This document shows, one piece after another, positions 18,588-26,582 of a DNA stretch of 32,000 bases. How positions within the stretch are numbered: position 1 is the first letter of the stretch; each line of letters begins with the position of its first letter. The DNA is from Thermodesulfobacteriota bacterium (GTDB taxonomy: Bacteria; Desulfobacterota; WTBG01; JAGOGO01): the NCBI GenBank assembly GCA_026625185.1, contig CP113000.1, positions 555,622 through 587,621 on the forward strand. Direction: 5' to 3'. The position numbers and the translations under genes are program-made. The notes under the pieces were generated by a model. That model did no database searches. It was not told the origin of the DNA and saw only the letters and a program-made list of their open reading frames with translations.

Positions 18588-19755
18588 AAAGCTCTTGTTC
18601 TTTTTAGCGTTAGTTTTTTTTTGGTTTTTTGCTTTTTTTGGAAACTTACAAGCTGAAGAGAAAAAAGCACCTAAGGAAAAAAAAGAATTAAAAGAGATTC
18701 AAAAAAAAATTGAAGATAAACAGGCCATAATCAAAAAAGCTGAAAAAACGGAAAAAAAAGTCATTTCTGACTTGGACACCATTGAAGAAACGCTTGCCCA
18801 AAAACAACAGGAACTTAAACATTATGAGGTCAACTTAAAAACCCAGGAGAATGAAATTACGGTTTTAATTCAGCAGATTGAAAAACGTAAGGCCGAAGCA
18901 GCTGAAGAAGAAAAATTTCTGGCTGACCGGATAAAAATTCTTTACCGGCTGGGACGCTTGAGTTTCGCGAAGGCAATTTTTTCTTCTGATTCTTTTACTA
19001 CGTTGATGCGAAGGTACGATTACCTGACCCGATTGATCGACTATAATGTGGCCACGATTAATGATTATTCCCAGAAGCTCGATCTGCTCCAACTAGACCA
19101 GCAAAGGCTTAAGGAAAAAGAAAAGGAATTGGAAGGGTTAACCAAACAAACCCGTTCGGTTCAAAAGAAAATTCTTACCCATCAAGAAGAAAAAACTAAT
19201 TTATTGGCCAGGGTCAGGTCGGAAAAACAACTCCAGCTCAAGGCACTCGAAGAACTTAAGCTGGCTTCTCAACGACTCCAGGGGTTGATCGATAAGTTGG
19301 ATAAGCAAAAAGCTATAACCTCTCTTCCTTCTGCAATATTTCCCTCAGGATACCCTTTTTCCTTACGAGGAAAGCTCGATTTCCCGGTGGAGGGCAAGGT
19401 CATTACTTTTTTTGGCGAGCATGAGGATCAGGAATTTGCCACCGTCTCTTTCAACAAGGGAATTGAAATAACTGCCCAACTCGGGAGCCCGATAAAGGCA
19501 GTCTTAAATGGCACTGTTATTTATTCCGGGTGGTTTAAAGGGTACGGAAATATTATTATCATTGATCATAGTGCCGGACTTTATACCCTTTCCGGTCATG
19601 TTTCCGAACTGTTAAAACCGGTGGGAACCCCGGTTAAAACCGGAGAGACAATCGCCCTGGTGGGTGATACCGGATCTCTTAAGGGCTCCAACCTTTACTT
19701 TGAAATTAGGCACCACGGCCAGCCCTTGGATCCGCTGGAGTGGTTAAAAAAATAA
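18580..19755 (+). CDS. envC: EnvC-like murein hydrolase activator (signal peptide, coiled coil, degenerate LytM/M23 domain)
   Basis: 391 aa, overlapping the ftsX stop by 8 nt. It has a long coiled coil. The M23 metal-ligand blocks are degenerate: NKGIEI instead of HxGxDI, and NLYFEI instead of HLHFEI. Confidence 0.8.
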   Translation: MNKKLLFFLALVFFWFFAFFGNLQAEEKKAPKEKKELKEIQKKIEDKQAIIKKAEKTEKKVISDLDTIEETLAQKQQELKHYEVNLKTQENEITVLIQQIEKRKAEAAEEEKFLADRIKILYRLGRLSFAKAIFSSDSFTTLMRRYDYLTRLIDYNVATINDYSQKLDLLQLDQQRLKEKEKELEGLTKQTRSVQKKILTHQEEKTNLLARVRSEKQLQLKALEELKLASQRLQGLIDKLDKQKAITSLPSAIFPSGYPFSLRGKLDFPVEGKVITFFGEHEDQEFATVSFNKGIEITAQLGSPIKAVLNGTVIYSGWFKGYGNIIIIDHSAGLYTLSGHVSELLKPVGTPVKTGETIALVGDTGSLKGSNLYFEIRHHGQPLDPLEWLKK

Positions 19756-19781
19756 ACGGATTAGAATAAGGAGAGGAAAAA

Positions 19782-21107
19782 GTGAAATTGCGACAACTTA
19801 GATCGTCGTGGCTTATGATTATTGGTTGTTTGATTATCGGCTATATGATCGGTGGACATGGAGAGAGCATCGTCTCGGCGGTTACGGACAAAAATTATGA
19901 AAACCTGAAGCTCTTCAGCGATGTGCTCTATATTATTCAGAAGGACTACGTGGAGGAGCCTAAGGTTGACCAGCTGGTTGAAGGGGCAATAAACGGCATG
20001 TTAGGCACGTTAGATCCCCATTCCTCCTATATGCCCCCTGATGTTTATAAAGAGATGCAGGTTGAAACTCAAGGCAAGTTTGGTGGATTAGGGATAGAAA
20101 TTACCATCAAAGACGACATTCTTACCGTTGTCTCTCCGATTGAAGACACCCCCGCTTATCAAGCAGGAATCAAAGCTGGAGACCAGATTGTAAAGATAGG
20201 GGATGAGTTTACCAAAAATATGACCATGTTCGATGCAGTAAAAAAGCTGAGAGGTAAAGAAGGAACGAAAGTGACTCTTACGATTATGCGGGAAGGATTT
20301 ACGCAACCAAAAGATTTCACGCTTACCCGAGCGACTATTCAAATCAAGAGTGTCAAGTCTAAAATAGTAGACGAAAGAATTGGCTATATCCGGATAACTC
20401 AGTTCCAGGAGCAAACAACGAGAGACTTTCAGAAAGCCTTGGCTGAACTTGAGTCTAAAGCGCCTTCACTTCAAGGGCTTATCCTGGATTTGCGCAATAA
20501 TCCGGGAGGGTTGCTCGACTCAGCAGTGGAGGTAAGTGACGAGTTTATTGATTCGGGACTCATTGTTTATACTCAAGGCCGCTCTGAGGGACAAAAAATG
20601 GAGTTTAAAGCAAAAAACAATGGTCCCAAACATCATCACCCAATGATCGTCCTCGTCAATGCCGGAAGCGCAAGTGGATCAGAAATCGTGGCCGGCGCTT
20701 TACAAGATTATGGGCTGGCTGTTTTGCTCGGAACCAGGACCTTTGGTAAAGGCTCGGTCCAGACCGTGATTCCGCTGGACAATGAAGCGGGCCTGCGGCT
20801 CACCACCGCCAAGTATTTCACCCCCAAGGGCCGCTCAATTCACACTAAAGGAATTGAACCTGATGTGATTGTAGAAGACAAAACTGAACCCGTGGAGGCT
20901 TCTTCGCCAAAAGTCCGGATCATGCGAGAAAAGGATTTGGAAAATTTCCACCGAAATGGTAAAATAGAAGAGAATTCTAAGGATATTTCTAAGGAGGTAC
21001 CGGAAAAAAATCAAGGGGAAAAAGCAGATGATCTCCAGCTTAACCGAGCGATCGAGATTCTAAAAAGTTGGGATATTTTTAAAGGGAAAGAAAAGAAAGC
21101 TGCGTGA
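19782..21107 (+). CDS. ctpA: carboxyl-terminal processing protease (S41, PDZ-containing)
   Basis: 441 aa with a GTG start after AAGGAGAGG. PDZ domain (GLGIEI...AGIKAGDQIVKI), catalytic Ser block GSASGSEI and Lys block TFGKGSVQ. Confidence 0.9.
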   Translation: MKLRQLRSSWLMIIGCLIIGYMIGGHGESIVSAVTDKNYENLKLFSDVLYIIQKDYVEEPKVDQLVEGAINGMLGTLDPHSSYMPPDVYKEMQVETQGKFGGLGIEITIKDDILTVVSPIEDTPAYQAGIKAGDQIVKIGDEFTKNMTMFDAVKKLRGKEGTKVTLTIMREGFTQPKDFTLTRATIQIKSVKSKIVDERIGYIRITQFQEQTTRDFQKALAELESKAPSLQGLILDLRNNPGGLLDSAVEVSDEFIDSGLIVYTQGRSEGQKMEFKAKNNGPKHHHPMIVLVNAGSASGSEIVAGALQDYGLAVLLGTRTFGKGSVQTVIPLDNEAGLRLTTAKYFTPKGRSIHTKGIEPDVIVEDKTEPVEASSPKVRIMREKDLENFHRNGKIEENSKDISKEVPEKNQGEKADDLQLNRAIEILKSWDIFKGKEKKAA

Positions 21108-21134
21108 TTCATATTAAGCCCATGAGGTTACCGT

Positions 21135-21524
21135 ATGATTACATCACATATTTGGGAACTTGTATTATTAATTTTAATAGTAGTGCTCTTGGGAGGGATA
21201 TTTATCTTTATTCTGGTCTCGCTGCTTCCCCTCATAACACAACTAAAAAAAACCGCTCAGCAGCTCGAAATAACTGCTTCCAGTTTGAACAAAGTTATCA
21301 ATGTTGATTTCAAGGGGTTGCTAAACCGTGGCGAAAGAGTTCTGGAAAATTGGGAAGAAAAGATTCAGCCTTTAATAGTGGAGAAAGCCAGACATATCCC
21401 TTCCGCAACTGCACAGTTTGCTTTTTCCGAAGTGGGTAGCCGAGTTTTCCGGGTTCTGATCCTTTGGGCACTGAAAGAAGCGTGGGGAAAGATACGTGGG
21501 AAAAGGAAACAAAAGGGTTCTTGA
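21135..21524 (+). CDS. small membrane-anchored coiled-coil protein (DUF948-like)
   Basis: 129 aa. N-terminal TM (LVLLILIVVLLGGIFIFILVSLL) followed by LITQLKKTAQQLEITASSLNKV. The family assignment is from memory. Confidence 0.55.
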   Translation: MITSHIWELVLLILIVVLLGGIFIFILVSLLPLITQLKKTAQQLEITASSLNKVINVDFKGLLNRGERVLENWEEKIQPLIVEKARHIPSATAQFAFSEVGSRVFRVLILWALKEAWGKIRGKRKQKGS

Positions 21525-21589
21525 TGAAAATAATGTTGTTTATGACAAGAGTAGAAGAAATTTATCACTGAGAGAAAGGGGGTGATTAT

Positions 21590-21904
21590 ATGAATTCTGA
21601 TCGGTGTGAATGTGGTTTTGCTGCTATCACCTTAGCCTTTGTCGCTGGAGGTCTTATCGGTGCAACTCTTGGGCTGCTTTTTGCTCCCCGTCCCGGAGTT
21701 GAGACGAGAGAAAAAATAAAAGAGCGAGCAGAAGAAGCACGGGAAAAGCTCAGGGACGCAGTTGAAACTATGCGCGACAAAGCAGAAAAGTTGGCTGAAA
21801 CAGGTAAAGAAAAGTACTCTGATATCTCCGGAAAAGTCCGGGACTCCGTAGACAAAATTAAAGAAAAAGTTTCGCCGGCAAAAGGAGAAGCTCCCGAAGT
21901 TTAA
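21590..21904 (+). CDS. YtxH-domain protein
   Basis: 104 aa. GGLIGATLGLLFAPRPGVETREKIKERAEEA is the typical YtxH N-terminal signature. The rest is a charged helical region. AAGGGGG ribosome-binding site. Confidence 0.75.
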   Translation: MNSDRCECGFAAITLAFVAGGLIGATLGLLFAPRPGVETREKIKERAEEAREKLRDAVETMRDKAEKLAETGKEKYSDISGKVRDSVDKIKEKVSPAKGEAPEV

Positions 21905-21967
21905 ATTGATGTCCAGGAGTTTTAAGGACCTCACGTAAGTGGGGAGTTTATTTAAAGGCTCTCAAGG

Positions 21968-22009
21968 GACAAACTCTTTTTTGTTAATAGAAAGAGTTTG
22001 TCTTTTTTT
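21968..22009 (+). terminator. rho-independent terminator
   Basis: 12-bp perfect stem, gacaaactcttt (21968-21979) paired with aaagagtttgtc (21991-22002). 11-nt loop, then T7 (22003-22009). Confidence 0.85.
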
Positions 22010-22175
22010 ACGTTTAAATTGCGGAATGAACCGGCTTTATTTACAAAAAAACATTATTCAACTGCGCGTGCTCCAGATACCTCGGTATTGGCAATCTGGG
22101 GATCGACTATCTAAAAAAACTGCCCGAATCTTTCTGTCCTTATCATCACCCCCGGCAACATATTGACCGTAAAAT

Positions 22176-22475
22176 CTAAAGCACCTTTGTAATCTCCCTT
22201 TTGGTTTTTACTTTAAATTGAGAGCTGAAAGAAGGCACATCTCCCATATTTTCGTCAAGGTAACAGCTCACAACTCGATGCAGGGGGAAAAACACGGTGG
22301 TAGGGAAAATGATGGCTGCCGTTTGCTTGTGGGTGAACTGCTTCATCCAATCATTGAACGAGTTTACATCCACTCCTTTTATGGTAATCCCGGAAGGTGA
22401 AATGGCAAGGAGTTTTCCGATGATCTTTTCCCTCGGGTCCTGAAGATTAAGAATTATTATGCTTCCGGCTTCCAT
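22176..22475 (-). CDS. hypothetical protein (99 aa)
   Basis: ORF only; no motif I can assign. The GGAAACC upstream is a weak ribosome-binding site. Confidence 0.45.
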   Translation of the reverse strand: MEAGSIIILNLQDPREKIIGKLLAISPSGITIKGVDVNSFNDWMKQFTHKQTAAIIFPTTVFFPLHRVVSCYLDENMGDVPSFSSQFKVKTKREITKVL

Positions 22476-22659
22476 GGTTTCCTTTTTACTGCAAAAGAAC
22501 CTCTTATTGTCCTTTTAACCAAAGGAACCAAATTTTTTCTATTGTAACAAAAAACCATTATTTGTCAAAAAAAAATCTTCCTCTATTGCACATTACCATA
22601 CGAAAAAAAGGATAGAAACAATCCCTGTGATTCATTAAAGATATCCTACTCATATTGTT

Positions 22660-23640
22660 CTACTCAATGTGGTGAAGTATCCTTTTCACCACTTGATCAT
22701 ACGTATGGTGTTCATGAACATACTGATATCCTTCTTTGCTGATCCTTTTTCTTTCCTCATCCTTGCTGAGATATTCCGCAATGAAAGAAAAGCACTCCTC
22801 AATATTATGATACCAGACCAAATGCTTTTTATTAACAAAAATTTTTCCCAAACCAGGAACATACCGTGTAAGGAGAAACCCCCCGCATCCCAAAGTTATC
22901 CAGGTTCGATTGGAGAAGTATCCTTCTACCTGATTCGATACATCGATGCCTAAAATTATTTTCGCACCCGAACAAATCTTTGCAAATTCGTGCGGATAGA
23001 TGTTGCGCTTATGACATTTTAGCCCGTGCGTTTTCCACTCTCCCCCCCAAACTTTGAGGTTAAAATGCTTAGCAACCTCCCTTATAAAATTAATCCTTTC
23101 CGGATCCTTAGCTGCGCCGATAAAAGCCACATCGCTCTCCCATTTCTTACTTTTACTTTTACTAATTCGGTGGGCTTCCCGGTCGCATCCCTGAGTAATA
23201 AAAATAGGGTTTTTTATCCCTCGCTCCTTCAAAAAAGGAATCTGTCCCTGGTTAGTAATAAAAAAATAGTCGGCTAATTTACCCCGCTCAATCATCTCTT
23301 CCTTATAGGGAGGAACCAATCCTGAAAAGGGGCAGCTATCAGACAGGGCAATCAAGTCTGGAAGGTAAATAGCAACTTTAGTTTTACCGGATATCTGGGA
23401 CAACATCTTAAAAGGGATATCAGTGGCATTAATAAAAATCAAATGGGGTTGGAAGCGATTAAAGGTGGAAAAGATATATTTCTCAGTGAGCCATTTTCCC
23501 CACCGCCGCTCCAGTTTTCGATAATTGATCGTTTTAACCTGAATTCCCTGATTACGAAAAGCTTTTATAAAAAATGAGGGGGTTTGGGTCCGTTTTCGGG
23601 TTTTGCTGAAAAAAAGCATACGCTTTATCTCATCAGACAT
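22660..23640 (-). CDS. CgeB/DUF3880-like glycosyltransferase-family protein
   Basis: The C-terminal half (DVAFIGAA..., LGCGGFLLTRYVPGLGKIFVNKKHLVWYHNIEE..., HHTYDQVVKRIL) resembles the CgeB-type GT1-like C-terminal domain. The preferred start is ATG 23640 (MSDEIKR), giving an 8-nt overlap (ATGTCTGA) with the upstream gene. The ORF track start is 23661. Confidence 0.55.
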   Translation of the reverse strand: MSDEIKRMLFFSKTRKRTQTPSFFIKAFRNQGIQVKTINYRKLERRWGKWLTEKYIFSTFNRFQPHLIFINATDIPFKMLSQISGKTKVAIYLPDLIALSDSCPFSGLVPPYKEEMIERGKLADYFFITNQGQIPFLKERGIKNPIFITQGCDREAHRISKSKSKKWESDVAFIGAAKDPERINFIREVAKHFNLKVWGGEWKTHGLKCHKRNIYPHEFAKICSGAKIILGIDVSNQVEGYFSNRTWITLGCGGFLLTRYVPGLGKIFVNKKHLVWYHNIEECFSFIAEYLSKDEERKRISKEGYQYVHEHHTYDQVVKRILHHIE

Positions 23641-26446
23641 GGAAGTTCCTCCTTTCAGCAATCACCTTTTGGTAAACCTGAAGATTTCCCTCCACCATAG
23701 AATTTGCGCTGAATTTTTTCATCCCCTCCCTCTTGCCTCGTTTGGCCATTTCTTTCGCTTGATCATAGTTATTCAATGTCCAAATAATCCCACGAGCCAA
23801 AGCATCCGGATCAGCTTGCGGGACAATGATTCCCGTCTCTCCATGAGTAATGATTTCTGGTACCCCTCCGGCATCAGTGGTAACCACAGGAATTTCTAAA
23901 GCAAGCGCGTCAACAATAGTAGCGGTAAGACCTTCTCCCGTGCTTGATACTACGAGCACATCAAATATATTCATAAACACACCAACATCTGATCGAAACC
24001 CGGTAAAGGTTATATGGTTATTAAGACCCAACCGGGCAGTAAGGTCTTTCAATTCTTTTTCTAATTCTCCTTTGCCGACAATCAAAAGATGCGCTCCCGG
24101 AAATTTCTGAACGATTTTTGCCATAGCCTGAATAAGGTATTTTTGACCTTTATGTCCTACCAAATAACCTATATTCCCCAGGATTGGAGCATTAGGAGCT
24201 AACGAAAACTCCTGAAAAATATAGTCACCGTTTATACCTTGAAAGCGATCCATATCAGCTCCACTATGGACAACCGAAATTTTTTCAGCAGGTATGCCGT
24301 CCTGGACAAGGACATCCTTGACCTTATGGGCCACAGCAATAATGTGATCTGCCCCTTTGATGTATTTATAACGATTCATCCCCAGAAAATTATGCCGGAA
24401 GATACTGAAATCAACCCGGCGGGAAACAATACGAACCGGTTTTTTTCTTAAGAATAATGAGGCCCACATAATAAGAGAATGGGCATGGGATGTGTGGGAG
24501 TGGACAATGTCGTATTTTTCTTTTTTTAATATTCGGGCAATTTTAAAAGCAGCTCTTAGATCAAATTCACCTTTCATCAGAACAGGAAAGATAACAATAT
24601 TTTTTTTGTGGGCACGTTCATAAATCGCACTACGGGGCTGACAGATTAAATGCGAAACCTGTCCTCGCTGATTTAAACCCTCCATGAGATAAAGGGCCTG
24701 TTGCTCTCCTCCACGCCAGGTTAATTCCGTATTGATGTGGAGAACTTTAAGAGAACGGTTTCCGATAGAAAGGGAGCATTTTTTCTTAAAGCTCACACCG
24801 TATTGTTCTGTGTTTCTGGATTGACACATTTTTAAAATTCGACGATAGATTGTTTTTCTCTGCGTGCGAGTCCATTTATTTCCTTCGCTGTACTCTTTAA
24901 AAAATTTAATTCGGTCGGAAGAAGATATGCATTGCGCAATGGTAGCATTGAGTTGAGCGAAGTTCTTAATGATGTGAGAAAGCGAAACCCTTTTACCAAA
25001 ATATACCCGATCAGTATCAACGATCAAGCATTCCCATTCTTTTTCTCCTTTTTCTTTAATCAAAAAATTGTCCGACTTTAAATCACCATGGTAAATTCCC
25101 TTCTGATGAAGGGTCCGAATAAAACCCGCCATAAAACAAATGAAAGCTCTTTTCTTTTGAAAAGCTTCGGGATCGGAGAAGGTTTTAAAAATTTGGATAT
25201 AGTAACGAAGAGGGATCGCACCTTCCACATATTCCATAATTAAAAAGCTTCTCACCCCAACACCCAATCTCTTTTCTTCAAGAAGGGCTAAGCCACGGGG
25301 AGTGTGAATGCCTTTTAGAAATAATTTATTACTATTAGCCCAGGAACGCCGATTTCTTAACCGCGCTAACCAAAACCGAAGCGAAGGTCTTAAAGTATCG
25401 TTTCTGCCTTCTTTCACGAGAAAGGCCTGACCCTTTATATTAATTCGTGTGACAATAGCTTTGCGTGAGGTTTTAAGAACCGCAGGGGGGAGTTGATCAC
25501 CACGGGGATGAATAATTCCCCGGATGGGAGCAGTAGTCTCCTCATGCCCCTTAAGAATATCAGGAATTAAGTGAGGTTCAAATTCCCAGCGATAGATGAG
25601 AAACCTTCTCTTCCCTTTAATAATGTTAAAAAACTTACCCGCCCGAAAGCTTTTTTTCCCCCAGCTGCGAAATCTTTGTTCCTTTAGTTTCTTTATCCGG
25701 AAAAAAATTTTTTGGGTTATGGAGTTGAGTTTTCTCTCAGAAAAATCGTCTTCAGAGTAATAAAATCGGATTAACTTTTCTTGATCATTCGGTCCAAAAA
25801 GATTTGCTTCAGAAATGTAAAAAATGAGAAGAGCAAGGTTAAGCATCTTTTCTTTTTCGCTCGGTTTACTTTTAATCCGCGTTTTATATAAGTCAACCAG
25901 AAAAAAGAAAAGTGGGTGTACCCTTTCTCGTGGGACGATAATGTTCTCAAGGTGGATATCATGATGAAGGACACCTTTATGGTGAAGGAATCGCACGTAA
26001 GTGGTTAATGCTTTTATAAAGGTTTCTTTTTCAAGGTTGTTTTTTATATTCTCCTTATAAAATCTATGCAAATCTATCATTTCTCCCAAAGACTGAGTTA
26101 TGAGAAATGCTTCCTTTAAAAACCAAAACTTTCGGTTGATTCCCAAAGCCACCGGATAGGGTATAGAGATATCCAGCCCAATTAACTGATTCATGATTCG
26201 CCATTCAGTTAAAATTTTTCTGGGAAGGAAAAAATATTTCACGGTGGTGTCCCAACCTTTAATTTTAATATGTTTGACAAAAAAAGATCCCTTCCCCTTA
26301 AGCTCCATTTTCTTCACCGTTCTACGAGGCTTATCCTTTTTAACGTCGCCTTTTCCCCTCATAAATTCCGAGACCAAATACTCCATGTCCTGCGGGTTGA
26401 GGTCAGGGAAAAGCTGCTTATTAATTTGCCAGTTGATATGCTCCAT
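23633..26446 (-). CDS. tri-domain fusion: two tandem LPS-kinase (Kdo/WaaP-type) domains + GT4 (GT-B) glycosyltransferase
   Basis: 937 aa. Domain 1 (about aa 40-235): FFVKHIK, HHDIHLENIIV, FLVDLYK. Domain 2 (about aa 325-520): AFLVKEGRN, YHGDLKSDNFLI, LIVDTDRV. Domain 3 (about aa 565-930): KVLHINTELTWRGGEQQ and SSTGEGLTATIVDALALEIPVVTTDAGGVPEIITHGETGIIV, which is an E-x7-D variant of the E-x7-E motif. Confidence 0.75.
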   Translation of the reverse strand: MEHINWQINKQLFPDLNPQDMEYLVSEFMRGKGDVKKDKPRRTVKKMELKGKGSFFVKHIKIKGWDTTVKYFFLPRKILTEWRIMNQLIGLDISIPYPVALGINRKFWFLKEAFLITQSLGEMIDLHRFYKENIKNNLEKETFIKALTTYVRFLHHKGVLHHDIHLENIIVPRERVHPLFFFLVDLYKTRIKSKPSEKEKMLNLALLIFYISEANLFGPNDQEKLIRFYYSEDDFSERKLNSITQKIFFRIKKLKEQRFRSWGKKSFRAGKFFNIIKGKRRFLIYRWEFEPHLIPDILKGHEETTAPIRGIIHPRGDQLPPAVLKTSRKAIVTRINIKGQAFLVKEGRNDTLRPSLRFWLARLRNRRSWANSNKLFLKGIHTPRGLALLEEKRLGVGVRSFLIMEYVEGAIPLRYYIQIFKTFSDPEAFQKKRAFICFMAGFIRTLHQKGIYHGDLKSDNFLIKEKGEKEWECLIVDTDRVYFGKRVSLSHIIKNFAQLNATIAQCISSSDRIKFFKEYSEGNKWTRTQRKTIYRRILKMCQSRNTEQYGVSFKKKCSLSIGNRSLKVLHINTELTWRGGEQQALYLMEGLNQRGQVSHLICQPRSAIYERAHKKNIVIFPVLMKGEFDLRAAFKIARILKKEKYDIVHSHTSHAHSLIMWASLFLRKKPVRIVSRRVDFSIFRHNFLGMNRYKYIKGADHIIAVAHKVKDVLVQDGIPAEKISVVHSGADMDRFQGINGDYIFQEFSLAPNAPILGNIGYLVGHKGQKYLIQAMAKIVQKFPGAHLLIVGKGELEKELKDLTARLGLNNHITFTGFRSDVGVFMNIFDVLVVSSTGEGLTATIVDALALEIPVVTTDAGGVPEIITHGETGIIVPQADPDALARGIIWTLNNYDQAKEMAKRGKREGMKKFSANSMVEGNLQVYQKVIAERRNFHV

Positions 26447-26582
26447 CGGGACTTTTAAAAGTTATCGTTTGATGTTTAAGAAAGGTTACACAACAATAAA
26501 TTTTATGGTAGAGAAAGTTTTCATCTCGCGCGGTACTTGGGGGATACGCGAATATTTTAATTTGAAATCAAAAGGTAACGTA

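Noticed and set aside
21104-21307. 67-aa ORF overlapping the ctp stop and the DUF948-like gene
   Set aside because: The alternative frame (21135-21524) gives a coherent TM plus coiled-coil protein with a ribosome-binding site, whereas this one does not.
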